A DNA stretch of 64,000 nucleotides from Candidatus Latescibacterota bacterium (GTDB taxonomy: Bacteria; Latescibacterota; UBA2968; UBA8231). The position numbers and the translations under genes are program-made. The stretch is from NCBI GenBank assembly GCA_965223905.1, contig CBDCXV010000001.1, forward strand, positions 768,001-832,000. Direction: 5' to 3'. How positions within the stretch are numbered: the first letter of the stretch is position 1; the number at the start of each line of letters is the position of its first letter. Below are positions 7,919 through 17,169 of this stretch, piece after piece. The notes beneath the pieces were generated by a model. That model did not search any database. It was given only the letters and a program-made list of their open reading frames with translations, and was not told the origin of the DNA.

Positions 7919-9196
7919 TCAGTTGGTTTTCTCGACCTGCGGCGCCTCCGCCGGCCGCAGGTCGACGGCGACGATCTCGGTTTCGTCGCGCACGTAGAGT
8001 ATGCCGTCCGACAGGGAGGGCACCGTCCAGCAGCGCCCCTTCATCAGCGCGGCGTTGGCCTTCTCGACGAAGCCCTCCGGGTTGGCCTCTGCGAGCCCGA
8101 GGTTTCCCTGTTCGCCGAGGAGGATGAGGTGGCCGGCCGCCAGGATCAGGGTGCCCTTGGCGTACCCGCGCGCCTGCCATTGGGTCTGTCCGTCCGCCGC
8201 GTCGATGCACTTCAGTATCGATGTGTCGAACCCGTACAGGTGCCCTTCGTGATAGATGGAGGTGCCGAAGTGGTTCTGCATTTCTCCGCTCCTCCAGACC
8301 TCCTCGATCCCCTCTCCTGCAACGCGCAAGACGGCTCCCTTGTCGCCGGAGGAGATGAAGATCCGGTCCGGCGGGATGAAGAGGGGGGTGGCGGCGCTGA
8401 CGTCATAGCGCGTTTTCCAGGGGAAGCGCCACAGCTCCGTTCCCTTGTCCGGGGACAACCCGACCAGCGCATAGGCGTTGATGAAAGCGACCTGGCGCAT
8501 CCCGTCCACCGAGTAGGAGACCGGCGACGAGTAGCTCATCTTGTCGTCGAGGGCGCTCCAGACCGTTCGCCCCGTTCTCCGCTCGAGGGCGACCGCGGTG
8601 GCCGGTGCGGTGCGGTCGATCACCATGTCGACGAGAAAGCTGCCTTCGGCACCGCCGGCTTCGACCAGCAGCAGCTCCCCTTCGACGAGCGGGGAGGTGC
8701 TGAACCCCCACCTGGGAATCTGGCCGCCGAACTCGGCAACCAGATCCTTTTTCCAGATCACCTCGCCGCTTTCGGTTTTCAGCGCGAACAGCCCGCCCTC
8801 GGCCCCCAGGACGTAGACCGTCTCCCCGTCTACGGTCGGGGTCGAGCGCGGGCCGTCGCCCCCCTGCGTCTCGACGTAGTACTTCCCGGTGCGCACCCGC
8901 CACAGCTCCCGGCCGCTGGCGGCCTCGAGGCAGACGGCGTACTCCCCCAGGGAGTCGGCGTACATCGTGAACAGGAGGCCGCCGGCCACGGAAACCGAGG
9001 AAAACCCGCGGCCCAGAGGGTTCCGCCAGATCACCTCCGGACCTGCGTCGGGCCATTCGAGCAGGAGGTTCTCTTCGCTGGAGGTGCCGTTGCGCATCGG
9101 GCCGAGCCACTGCGGCCACTCGGCCGCGGTCGCGGCGACGGCGCTGATGAGAAGGGCGGCCCAAAGGGCGGGAACCGCTGATTTGCTGGTGAACAA
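7919..9196 (-). CDS. PQQ-like/BamB-type beta-propeller repeat protein, secreted
   Basis: 'AEWPQWLGPMRNG', 'GFSSVSV', 'GPRSTPTVDG', 'YSSP', 'CWTVPSLSDGILYVRD'. TTG start after GGAG. Confidence 0.88.
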   Translation of the reverse strand: MFTSKSAVPALWAALLISAVAATAAEWPQWLGPMRNGTSSEENLLLEWPDAGPEVIWRNPLGRGFSSVSVAGGLLFTMYADSLGEYAVCLEAASGRELWRVRTGKYYVETQGGDGPRSTPTVDGETVYVLGAEGGLFALKTESGEVIWKKDLVAEFGGQIPRWGFSTSPLVEGELLLVEAGGAEGSFLVDMVIDRTAPATAVALERRTGRTVWSALDDKMSYSSPVSYSVDGMRQVAFINAYALVGLSPDKGTELWRFPWKTRYDVSAATPLFIPPDRIFISSGDKGAVLRVAGEGIEEVWRSGEMQNHFGTSIYHEGHLYGFDTSILKCIDAADGQTQWQARGYAKGTLILAAGHLILLGEQGNLGLAEANPEGFVEKANAALMKGRCWTVPSLSDGILYVRDETEIVAVDLRPAEAPQVEKTN

Positions 9197-9333
9197 GGCT
9201 GTTTCTCCGTGTCGGTGGGTTGCCGGGGTTTCGAACCGGGGGCGGCGCCCTTGGGAAACGCCGCACGGGATGGAATATACGGGGATCGGGCTATATATAT
9301 AGAGCAAGGTGGCAGGGAGAAACCCGGCCCTGA

Positions 9334-9560
9334 CAGCCCGTTGCTGAAGTTGCCCTCCAGGCGAGGCCGAGTCATGGCGGCCGAAGACAAGGCGCGCGAC
9401 CGAGTCGAATCGCAGGGATTCGGGAGGGAGCGCAACGCCGTGTTCCGGAAGGCTCTTTCAAGCGTTTCAGGGACCGGCAAAAGCCGTTCCCGACACGGAA
9501 CCCGAAGGGTCCGCGGTTCCCAGGGCCGGCCGCAGCCCGGATGGGGTTTTCAACGGGCTG
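9334..9560. repeat. MITE/REP-like element with 10-bp terminal inverted repeats
   Basis: cagcccgttg (9334-9343) and caacgggctg (9551-9560). The internal hairpin module 9386-9442 is related to 32631-32686 and 54599-54652, and the ends are related to 46336-46394. Confidence 0.6.
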
Positions 9561-9589
9561 CTGAACCTCACCAGGGAGATCGATACACT

Positions 9590-11833
9590 GTGCGATTGTC
9601 GATGATTCTTCTCCTCGGGTTGCTGCTCCCCGCGGCGTCGCCGGGTGTTGCGGCAACGGCAACGATCTCGGGGCGGGTGGTTGCCGACGGGGGCGAGCCG
9701 CTGGGCGGCGCCAACGTCATCCTCGCGGGCACGCCGTTTCATGCAACCACCGATGAGGCCGGTTCCTTCCTCTTTTCGGGGATGGCTCCCGGCCTCTACA
9801 GGGTCTACGTCTCCCACGTCGGTTTCGCCTCCTCGGAGCAGGCGATCGAGACCGGGGGGGATGGGGCGCAGGGGCTGCTGTTTGCGCTCGTCCCGGCCCC
9901 GGGACGCCTCGACCCGGTCGTAGTCACCGCTTCCCGCGCGCCGGCCACGGTCCTTCGTTCCCCGGTCACGGCCCACGTCCTCGACGTCGGTTCCGGGCCG
10001 GCCGGCATGCAGACGGCATCCGACCTGCTGCGCGCCCTTCCGGGGATCGACCTCTCGGGCGGCGGCGCCCCCGGGCTGGTGGCCGGTCTGAGCCTGCGCG
10101 GCGCCGCGCCTGGCCAGACCCTCGTCCTCCTCGATGGCGTGCGCCTCAACATGGCGGGGGCCACCTCGACCCTGGGCGGGGTCGACCTCAGCCAGATCCC
10201 GGTGGACCGCCTCGACCGCGTCGAGGTGATCAAGGGGCCGGGGTCGGCCCTGTACGGCGCCGACGCCGCCGGCGGGGTAGTGCAGATGTTCAGCCGCGGC
10301 ACCGGCGGCCCGCGCACTCGGATTTCCCTGACCGCCGGCGCCGGGCCGAGGGTGGGTGAGGAGGGGGCGTACGCGACCCAGCGCTACCACGCCTCCCGCG
10401 GCGGCAGGGTGGGCGACTGGGGCTGGAGGGCGGACGGCTCCATGGGGGCCAGCGGCGGGCACCTGGAAAACACCGACGCCCGCACCTGGAACCTCGCCGG
10501 CCAGGGGGTGCGCCACCGCTCCGGCGGCCGCACGACGCTGCGCGGCGAGCTGGGGCGGAGAAGGGGCGGCGCCCCGGGGGCGGAAGGCAAGGGGCAGTTC
10601 GGGGCCTTCGACATCGACGACCGCCAGAACGACGACGTCCTGCGCTTCAGCATCGGCGACTCGCGGCCGCTGCGCCCGGGGATCCAGTTCGACGGCAGCG
10701 CCTCGGGCCAGTGGCAGCGCGTCGAACGCCTCAACCCGATCGTGCAGGCCGGCGAGCTCGTGGGGGATTTCGTCTCCGAGCACCAGCTGTGGGTGCTCGA
10801 GCCGCGGCTGCACGTGACCGGGCGGCATCTGCGCCCCTTCTCCTTCGGGGCCGAGTACCGCCTCGAGCGCCAGCGCGACGACCTGTTCGGAACCGGGAGG
10901 GCCGCCATGCGGGCGCTCTACGCACAGAACCGGTTCGAGATCGGCAGCAACACCCTCGAAGCCGGCGTCCGCCTCGACAACCACTCGCTCTACGGAACCG
11001 AGCTCAACCCCAGGCTCGCGGCGGTCCTTCAGGTGCGGCCCGGCATCTTTCTGCACGCGGCCGCGGGGCGGGCGTTTTCCGCTCCCTCGTTCGACGACCT
11101 GTTCAAGCCGACGGAGCGGTTCGCGCGAGCCATCGGCGGCTTCGCGGGAGAGACGGGCAATCGCGACCTCGAGCCGGAGAAAGTCTGGTCGGCGGACGCC
11201 GGGCTGCGCTGGCAATCGGACCGCGCCCAAGGGGAGGCGACCTTCTACCGGAGTTGGTATCGGGACCTGATTCATCCGGCCGCGGTGCGCCTGCCCGCAG
11301 GAAGCGACGATCTCTTCCTCTCCCTCGACAACCTCGCCGAGGCGGAGATCGCCGGCCTCGAGCTGGTGCAGCGGCTGCGGGCGGGCGGCTCGCAGATCCA
11401 GCTCGCCTGGACGCTTCAGCAGGCATCGGGCCGCGATGCCGACGGAAAGAGCCGCGACCTCGCCGGACGGCTCCGCCGCAAGCTGGGGTGCGACTACGAC
11501 CTGCAGCTGGGGGAAACACCGGGGACCGGCATCTCCTTTCGCGCCGACTGGCAGGAGCGGTATTTCGACGAGGATCTTCTCGAGGAGGAGGAGGGGGCGT
11601 TCGGCGGCGACGATGACGACGGCGAAGAAGGGGAGGAAGCGGGCGCCATCGGCGCTCCGGGGGAGGCTTGGCGCTACCTCGTCCTCGGGGCTGGCGGCCG
11701 TTTCCGGCTGAAGCCGGGGATGGCGCTCCACCTCGACGTCGCCAATCTCGCCGACGCGCGCTACCAGAGCGTGTTCGGCATCCCGCAGCCCGGGCTCGTG
11801 GCAACCGTCGGTCTCAGGCTCGACCTTGAGTAG
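9590..11833 (+). CDS. TonB-dependent receptor with N-terminal carboxypeptidase-regulatory-like domain (BtuB/CirA-like)
   Basis: Signal peptide, 'ISGRVV...PLGGANV', 'VVVTASR', 'LRALPGI', 'LDRVEVIKGPGSALYGADAAGGVV', 'LEPEK', 'VANLADARY'. Start GTG 9590 or ATG 9602. Confidence 0.92.
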   Translation: MRLSMILLLGLLLPAASPGVAATATISGRVVADGGEPLGGANVILAGTPFHATTDEAGSFLFSGMAPGLYRVYVSHVGFASSEQAIETGGDGAQGLLFALVPAPGRLDPVVVTASRAPATVLRSPVTAHVLDVGSGPAGMQTASDLLRALPGIDLSGGGAPGLVAGLSLRGAAPGQTLVLLDGVRLNMAGATSTLGGVDLSQIPVDRLDRVEVIKGPGSALYGADAAGGVVQMFSRGTGGPRTRISLTAGAGPRVGEEGAYATQRYHASRGGRVGDWGWRADGSMGASGGHLENTDARTWNLAGQGVRHRSGGRTTLRGELGRRRGGAPGAEGKGQFGAFDIDDRQNDDVLRFSIGDSRPLRPGIQFDGSASGQWQRVERLNPIVQAGELVGDFVSEHQLWVLEPRLHVTGRHLRPFSFGAEYRLERQRDDLFGTGRAAMRALYAQNRFEIGSNTLEAGVRLDNHSLYGTELNPRLAAVLQVRPGIFLHAAAGRAFSAPSFDDLFKPTERFARAIGGFAGETGNRDLEPEKVWSADAGLRWQSDRAQGEATFYRSWYRDLIHPAAVRLPAGSDDLFLSLDNLAEAEIAGLELVQRLRAGGSQIQLAWTLQQASGRDADGKSRDLAGRLRRKLGCDYDLQLGETPGTGISFRADWQERYFDEDLLEEEEGAFGGDDDDGEEGEEAGAIGAPGEAWRYLVLGAGGRFRLKPGMALHLDVANLADARYQSVFGIPQPGLVATVGLRLDLE

Positions 11834-11904
11834 CCCCCTGCCCGGCGGGTTCACCATTATATTCATCAGCCGCGCAAATCAGCCCGATCGCAGAAAGCAG
11901 GACG

Positions 11905-12942
11905 ATGTCAGAGCAAGAGCAGCTGAAACGCAGGATTCCCTGGCACCGCACCCGCATCGACCGCCGGCTCCTCGCCGAGCTCAACCGCCGCAGCGACCTC
12001 CTCGGGTTCGCCCAGACCCTCGGCTACCTCGCCACCCTGACGGCGACCGGCGCCTTCGCCTGGTGGGTCTCCATCCACTTCGCCTGGTACTGGTTCGCCG
12101 CCGCGGTCTTCCTCCACGGAACCTGCAGCGCCTTCAGTGTCAACGGCTTTCACGAGCTCTGCCACAACTCCGTCTTCCGCACGCGGTCCCTCAACGTCTT
12201 CTTCCTTCACGTGCTCAGCTTCATCGGCTGGCACAACCCGGTGCTGTTCTGGGCCACCCACTCGGAGCACCACAAGTACACCCTCTACCCCCCCGAGGAC
12301 GGCGAGGTGGTGCTGCCGGTCGAGATGACCCTGAAGGGGTACCTGCGCGGCGCCTTCGTCGACTTCTGGGGCTTCTTCCAGAAGATCAGGATGACGTTCC
12401 TGCGCGCCTTTTTCCACAGGCTCAACCCCGGCTGGCACACCGTGCTGTTTCCGCCGGAGAACGTCGAGGATCGCCGCCGCCTGTTTCGCTGGGACCGCGT
12501 CCTCGTCTTCGGGCATGCCGCCATCGCCGCGGCCGCGCTCTGGCTGGGCTGGTGGCAGCTGCTGCCGCTCTTCACCTTCGCCACCTTGGCCGGCCGCTGG
12601 CTGTTCCTGCTGTGCAACAGCAGTCAGCACGTGGGACTCACCGACGAGGTGCCGGACTTCCGCCAGAACTCGCGCACCTTCCACCTCAATCCGGTGGTGC
12701 GCTTCCTCTACTGGCACATGAACTACCACATCGAGCACCACATGTACGCCGCCGTGCCCTGCTACCGGCTGGGCAGGCTGCACCGGGCCATCCGCCACGA
12801 GTTGCCCCACTGCCACAGGGGCCTGGTGCCGATGTGGCGCGAGATCGCCGGGATACTGCAGCGCCAGAAGCGGGAGCCCGGCTTCCAGTTCATCCCCGAG
12901 CTGCCGGAGAATCCCAAGGCCGCCACCGCGGCTGTCACCTGA
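11905..12942 (+). CDS. Membrane di-iron fatty-acid-desaturase-superfamily protein, MocD (rhizopine oxygenase)-like
   Basis: His boxes HELCH, HSEHH and HIEHH, plus 'QHVGL...NSRT...NP..RFLYWHMNYHIEHHMY'. Confidence 0.88.
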   Translation: MSEQEQLKRRIPWHRTRIDRRLLAELNRRSDLLGFAQTLGYLATLTATGAFAWWVSIHFAWYWFAAAVFLHGTCSAFSVNGFHELCHNSVFRTRSLNVFFLHVLSFIGWHNPVLFWATHSEHHKYTLYPPEDGEVVLPVEMTLKGYLRGAFVDFWGFFQKIRMTFLRAFFHRLNPGWHTVLFPPENVEDRRRLFRWDRVLVFGHAAIAAAALWLGWWQLLPLFTFATLAGRWLFLLCNSSQHVGLTDEVPDFRQNSRTFHLNPVVRFLYWHMNYHIEHHMYAAVPCYRLGRLHRAIRHELPHCHRGLVPMWREIAGILQRQKREPGFQFIPELPENPKAATAAVT

Positions 12943-13102
12943 GGGGCTGCACAAGGCTGCGCGCCCGAATCTCCTTCTGCTGACAGAGGGAGATGCCCCG
13001 ACTCAATTCCGTCCACTGCCCCTTCGATGGATTCGCTTATTTTGTTTATTGCGTTTGGGGCCCACGGGGACCATATTGGCGATAAACCATCAGGAGCAAA
13101 CC

Positions 13103-13552
13103 ATGGACACAGTGTTGACAACCGTTCCGCCCTCAAGGGACGAAGTGGAGCTGGCGCGCTCGTCCGGGGAGCGGCTGGCGCCCCTGGCACGTTTGGACCG
13201 TCCCCTGACAATGCGGGTTCGCGGTGCCGAAGAAGAGACCATCGAACTGCCGGCAGGAGCAGTGAAACTCCTGGTGGAAATTCTGGAGGACATGGCCTCT
13301 GGCCGGGCAGTTACGATCGTGCCTCAGAATGCCGAGCTCACCACTCAGCAAGCGGCCGACTTTCTGAATGTTTCTCGACCCTTTCTGATCCGGCTTCTGG
13401 CTGAGAAAAAAATCCCTTTTCGAATGGTGGGTACGCACCGGCGTGTCAGATTGGAGGATGTGCTCAAATACAAGGAAGGCGTCGATGCCGAGCGTCGAAA
13501 AGTGCTGGACCAACTCGCCTCCGATGCGCAGGAACTCGATATGGGATACTGA
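13103..13552 (+). CDS. Excisionase-family HTH DNA-binding protein (antitoxin of HTH-PIN pair)
   Basis: 'ELTTQQAADFLNVSRPFLIRLL..KKIPF..VGTHRRVRLEDVL.YK', ending 'QELDMGY'. AGGAG RBS. Confidence 0.9.
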   Translation: MDTVLTTVPPSRDEVELARSSGERLAPLARLDRPLTMRVRGAEEETIELPAGAVKLLVEILEDMASGRAVTIVPQNAELTTQQAADFLNVSRPFLIRLLAEKKIPFRMVGTHRRVRLEDVLKYKEGVDAERRKVLDQLASDAQELDMGY

Positions 13553-13555
13553 GCC

Positions 13556-13763
13556 GTGGGTGGGTTCACGGCATTTCTGGATGCTTCCGTCCTCTACTCG
13601 CCAGTTTCACCTGTCGCAACCGGTCTTTCTCAAGTCCGTGAGGACGGTCCGTTTCCGTTTGAAAAGTCCGCCCAAATCAGTTGAGGAGTATCTCGACACG
13701 CTGCGCGAACAGGGTCTACTGGCTACGGCCAGCGAGGTCTCGGCTTTCAGTCAATTCATCTGA
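13556..13763 (+). pseudogene. PIN-domain toxin with large internal deletion
   Basis: N-terminal 'FTAFLDASVLYS' joined out of frame to C-terminal 'RLKSPPKSVEEYLDTLREQGL'. The central PIN core is missing. Confidence 0.75.
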
Positions 13764-13850
13764 CGGTGGTGCTTCAAGCCGCGGTCTTCTTGGCATGAAA
13801 CCGCTCGGACCTTAGTGCCCAAGTCATGACATGACATGCGGAATTGCTGA

Positions 13851-14855
13851 TCATCCCGGGTCCCCCCAGGTCAGCACGATCCCGAGCGCCTTGTCCCGCT
13901 CTTCGCGCAGCAACCGGTAGGCTTCCTGCGCTTCGCCGTACGGCATGCGGTGGGTGGTCAGGCACTCGACGTCGAGCTCGCCGCGCGCAATCATCCTGAG
14001 GATCTGGCGGCGGTTGTACTGCTGAGTCCAGGGGAAGGCGGGGGTGGCCGTCGTCGGGCACTTCGGTTGGTGGCACCCGACCAGGGTGAGCTCCTTTTCG
14101 TGGAAGCTCATGAAGTCGATCTCGACGGTGCGGTGCCATATAGAGCCGAGCAGCATGATGCGTCCGCCGATGCGCGCCATGTCGAAGGCCCCGGGCAGGA
14201 CCTCCGGGTAGCCGGAAGCCTCGATGATCACGTCGAGGCCGCGGCCGCCGGTGATCGATTCCATCTCCGCCTGCAGGTCGGCGCGCGCCGGATCGAGCAG
14301 GTGGGTCGCCCCTCGTGCCCCGGCGATCTCCAGGCGCTCGGGGACCGGATCGACGGCGGCTAGGAGCTCGCAGCCCGACCTTGCGGCCAGCTGCAGCGCC
14401 AGCTGCCCGACCAGTCCCATGCCGATCACCGCGGCGAACTCCCCCAGCTCGATGTTGGCCTTGCGGACCCCGTGCATGGAGACCGATCCGAGGACGCCGA
14501 AGGTGCCCGCGTCGAAGGAGACCCCGTCCGGCAGCTTCGCCAGCGACTGCGGCGCGGCGCGCACCGTGACGTGGGAGGAATGGGATCCCAGCGACAGAAC
14601 GCGGTCGCCGACCTCGTACTCTTCCACCCCTTCGCCCAGGGCGGCGATCACCCCGGTGTTGGAGTAGCCGGGCTTGAGGTCGTGCGCGCGCCGCTGCTCC
14701 TGGGTCCCCAGCTCGGTGCCGGCGCTGATCAGGGTGCTGACCGTCTCGATCAGCACCTCGCCGGGTCCCGGCCGGAGGATCTCGAACGCCTCGACGGCGA
14801 CGCTGTTGTCGGGGCGGACGACCGCCCTGCGCCCCGTTGCCGGCAGGGGGCTCAT
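13851..14855 (-). CDS. Zinc-binding alcohol dehydrogenase (MDR) family protein
   Basis: 'TLISAGTE', 'PGYSNTG', 'VGDRV', 'VIGMGLVGQL', 'DVIIEASG'. Confidence 0.9.
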   Translation of the reverse strand: MSPLPATGRRAVVRPDNSVAVEAFEILRPGPGEVLIETVSTLISAGTELGTQEQRRAHDLKPGYSNTGVIAALGEGVEEYEVGDRVLSLGSHSSHVTVRAAPQSLAKLPDGVSFDAGTFGVLGSVSMHGVRKANIELGEFAAVIGMGLVGQLALQLAARSGCELLAAVDPVPERLEIAGARGATHLLDPARADLQAEMESITGGRGLDVIIEASGYPEVLPGAFDMARIGGRIMLLGSIWHRTVEIDFMSFHEKELTLVGCHQPKCPTTATPAFPWTQQYNRRQILRMIARGELDVECLTTHRMPYGEAQEAYRLLREERDKALGIVLTWGDPG

Positions 14856-15814
14856 CCGAGCGCCTGGTATGCTTCGTCGAGCCAGACCACCATCTCGGCG
14901 GTGGCGTCGTTGCTGGGGATGTCTTCCGTCCCGGTCATCGCCCACCAGCCGTCGGCGTGCTGCTGCTCGACGATGTGGCCGGCCGCCTTGAGCGCCATGT
15001 CGCGGTACAGGCTCTCCCGGGTCAGGGTCCACAGCACCGCCGCCGCCCACATCACCTTTCCGGAGCGCAGCAACCGGTAGAGGTTGTCGCTCGCGGTTTC
15101 CGCAAAGCGCATGTACTCCCTGGCCAGGGCCAGCCAGCGCCCCTCCCCGGTGGCCTGGTAGAGGCGGGCGAGAAAGCCGCCGGCGATCCCCGGGTGGAAG
15201 AAGTACTGGTCCCCTTCGGCGGCGTTGACGAGGAGGTAGCGGACCGGGTCGGCGGGGTCGACGCAGGTCACCAGCCCGCCCGCGGGGGTCATGACGGTGT
15301 ACAGCTCCTCCGGGTAGTTCGGCTGCTCCTCCATCATCCGCTGCATCCAGTTTCCGACGCCGCGGGCGATATCGAGGCGGCCGGTGTAGAGAGCCGCCTG
15401 ACCGCAGCCGCTGGTAACCCACAGGTCCTGCAGGGTGTGCGGCAGGCGCTCGGCCGGGTCGGAGTAGAAGCCGCCGCTGCGGTCGTGGAATCCCATGAGG
15501 AAGTCCATGCCCTTCTGCGCCAGGTCGAACTGGCCGAGCCTGGCGGCGCCGATGACGACCCAGGTGTTGAAGTAGGCGTAGTAGTAGCCGTCGGTGAATT
15601 CCGTTCTCGGGCCGAAGTCGCCTTCCGCGGTCATGCCGTTGCGGCGCACCCGGTCGAGGAGACGGTTGGCGGCGTGCGTCTCACCGCATGCCTGGAAGGC
15701 CGCCGGCACCTTGTAGTACTCGGCGACGGTGCCGTCGCCGAAGCTGCCGTCTTCGTGCAGGTGCTGCAGCAGGTAGTCGCAGCCTCTGTCCCGGGCCTGG
15801 CGCAGTGCGTTCAT
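14852..15814 (-). CDS. Hypothetical (alpha/alpha)-barrel protein, prenyltransferase/squalene-cyclase-repeat-like
   Basis: QW-like repeats 'DYLLQHLHEDGSF', 'DFLMGFHDRSGGFY', 'HIVEQQHADGWW'. Overlaps the ADH start by 4 nt. Confidence 0.65.
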   Translation of the reverse strand: MNALRQARDRGCDYLLQHLHEDGSFGDGTVAEYYKVPAAFQACGETHAANRLLDRVRRNGMTAEGDFGPRTEFTDGYYYAYFNTWVVIGAARLGQFDLAQKGMDFLMGFHDRSGGFYSDPAERLPHTLQDLWVTSGCGQAALYTGRLDIARGVGNWMQRMMEEQPNYPEELYTVMTPAGGLVTCVDPADPVRYLLVNAAEGDQYFFHPGIAGGFLARLYQATGEGRWLALAREYMRFAETASDNLYRLLRSGKVMWAAAVLWTLTRESLYRDMALKAAGHIVEQQHADGWWAMTGTEDIPSNDATAEMVVWLDEAYQALG

Positions 15815-16100
15815 CCGGTGTCAGCTCCTTCCGCAGTCAGCGCCCGGGGGCGGGTTCCGGACAAGGGGTGGGGGTCACGGCGTATGGGCGCCGATGCCGG
15901 AGCCGCCCCGCAAAATGCCGTCGCCGGCAGCTGAAGAGCGGGGCGGCCTGCCTGGGAATGACGTCTCCGGCAACTGGACCTTTTGCGGCGCCCTTCGGGC
16001 ATGGCAAAGCCGTCTTGTGGGCAGGATTGGGGGAACGCTGGTTTTTCACGCCGCCCGCGGGGGAACCGACTGCTCCACCCCGCCGGGAAGCGCGGAGCCT

Positions 16101-17108
16101 CTACACCCCGGCGCTCGCCGGCAGCTCCGGGATGAACTGGTACTCCGGGTCCAAACGCTGCCTCCTCACCGTCGCAATGATCTCGCGGTAGGTCTCGATG
16201 AGGCCGCGCGGGCAGTGGGGCAGGTCGTGGCGGATGAGCTCGTGCAGCTTCCCCAGGTTGTAACACGGCACCGCGGCGTACATGTGGTGCTCTATGTGGT
16301 AGTTCATGTGGTAGTAGAGGAAGCGCGTGAACGGGTTGAGGATGACGGTGCGCGTGCACAGGCGGTAGTCGGGGACGTCGTCCTGCAGCCCGGTGTGCTG
16401 GGTCTGGTTGCACAGGAAGCGCAGCCAGCCGCCGTAGAAGACCCCCAGGGTCGTCAGCACCGGCAGCAGCCAGAGCCCTGTGTAGATCGAGACGCCGGCG
16501 ATGGCGGCGTGTCCGGCGAGCAGCAGACGCGCCCAGTTGCGGAGGCGGAGGTTCTTCTCCCTGTCTTCGCGGGGAAACAGGTGCTCCTCCCACTCCCCTT
16601 CCAGGCGCCCGATGCTGTGCTTCAGGGTCTTCCTGAGGTTGAGGTAGAGCGTCCACGGATCGAAGAAGGTGATGCGCAGGAACTCGAGAGCGGTCAGCTT
16701 TCTCGGCAGCACGACCTCGAGGTCGTCGGGCGGGTGCAGGGTGTACTTGTGGTGGGCGGAGTGGCTTGCCCAGAACAGGACGTGGTTGCGCCACCCCAGG
16801 AAGCTGAACAGGCGCAGGAAGAACCCGTTGAGGAACCTGCTCCTGAAGACGGTGTTGTGGGACAGCTCGTGCGTGGAGTTGAGCAGGAAGACGTAGAAGG
16901 TCCCGTAGGCGAAGAGGACCGGCAGCAGCAGGTACCAGGTTTCCTGCACGGCCCAGGCCAGCGTCCCGGTGGCGGCGATCAGGCCGATGTGGGCCCCGAC
17001 CTGCAGCAGTCCCTTCCAGTCGCTGCGCTGGTTGAGGGCTCTCATGGTCTCGCGGTCGAGCGGAGTCCGGTACCAACCGATCGTCCGGGTTGTAGCTGCC
17101 ACCGTCAT
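16101..17108 (-). CDS. Second MocD-like membrane desaturase-superfamily protein
   Basis: HELSH, HSAHH and HIEHH boxes. Clear paralog of 11905-12942 (shared HMNYHIEHHMYAAVPCY, QFIPELP). Confidence 0.88.
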   Translation of the reverse strand: MTVAATTRTIGWYRTPLDRETMRALNQRSDWKGLLQVGAHIGLIAATGTLAWAVQETWYLLLPVLFAYGTFYVFLLNSTHELSHNTVFRSRFLNGFFLRLFSFLGWRNHVLFWASHSAHHKYTLHPPDDLEVVLPRKLTALEFLRITFFDPWTLYLNLRKTLKHSIGRLEGEWEEHLFPREDREKNLRLRNWARLLLAGHAAIAGVSIYTGLWLLPVLTTLGVFYGGWLRFLCNQTQHTGLQDDVPDYRLCTRTVILNPFTRFLYYHMNYHIEHHMYAAVPCYNLGKLHELIRHDLPHCPRGLIETYREIIATVRRQRLDPEYQFIPELPASAGV

Positions 17109-17169
17109 GCGCAAAAAGATAATGCGCCCGGGTTCGAGGCACACCCCGGCCCCCCAGTCCGCCGGGAGG

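Noticed and set aside
9300-9590. Cobalamin or c-di-GMP riboswitch upstream of BtuB-like receptor
   Set aside because: No recognisable B12 box or GEMM core; the region is better explained by a TIR-bounded repeat.
6506-11866. Very long antisense ORFs (e.g. 6506-9181 +, 9467-11866 -; also 49662-52064 +, 58000-60063 +)
   Set aside because: Shadow frames opposite real genes, expected from high GC3 codon bias; no protein motifs.
13103-13552. Prophage/ICE excisionase marking an integrated element
   Set aside because: No integrase or phage genes nearby; this HTH family pairs with PIN toxins, whose remnant follows.
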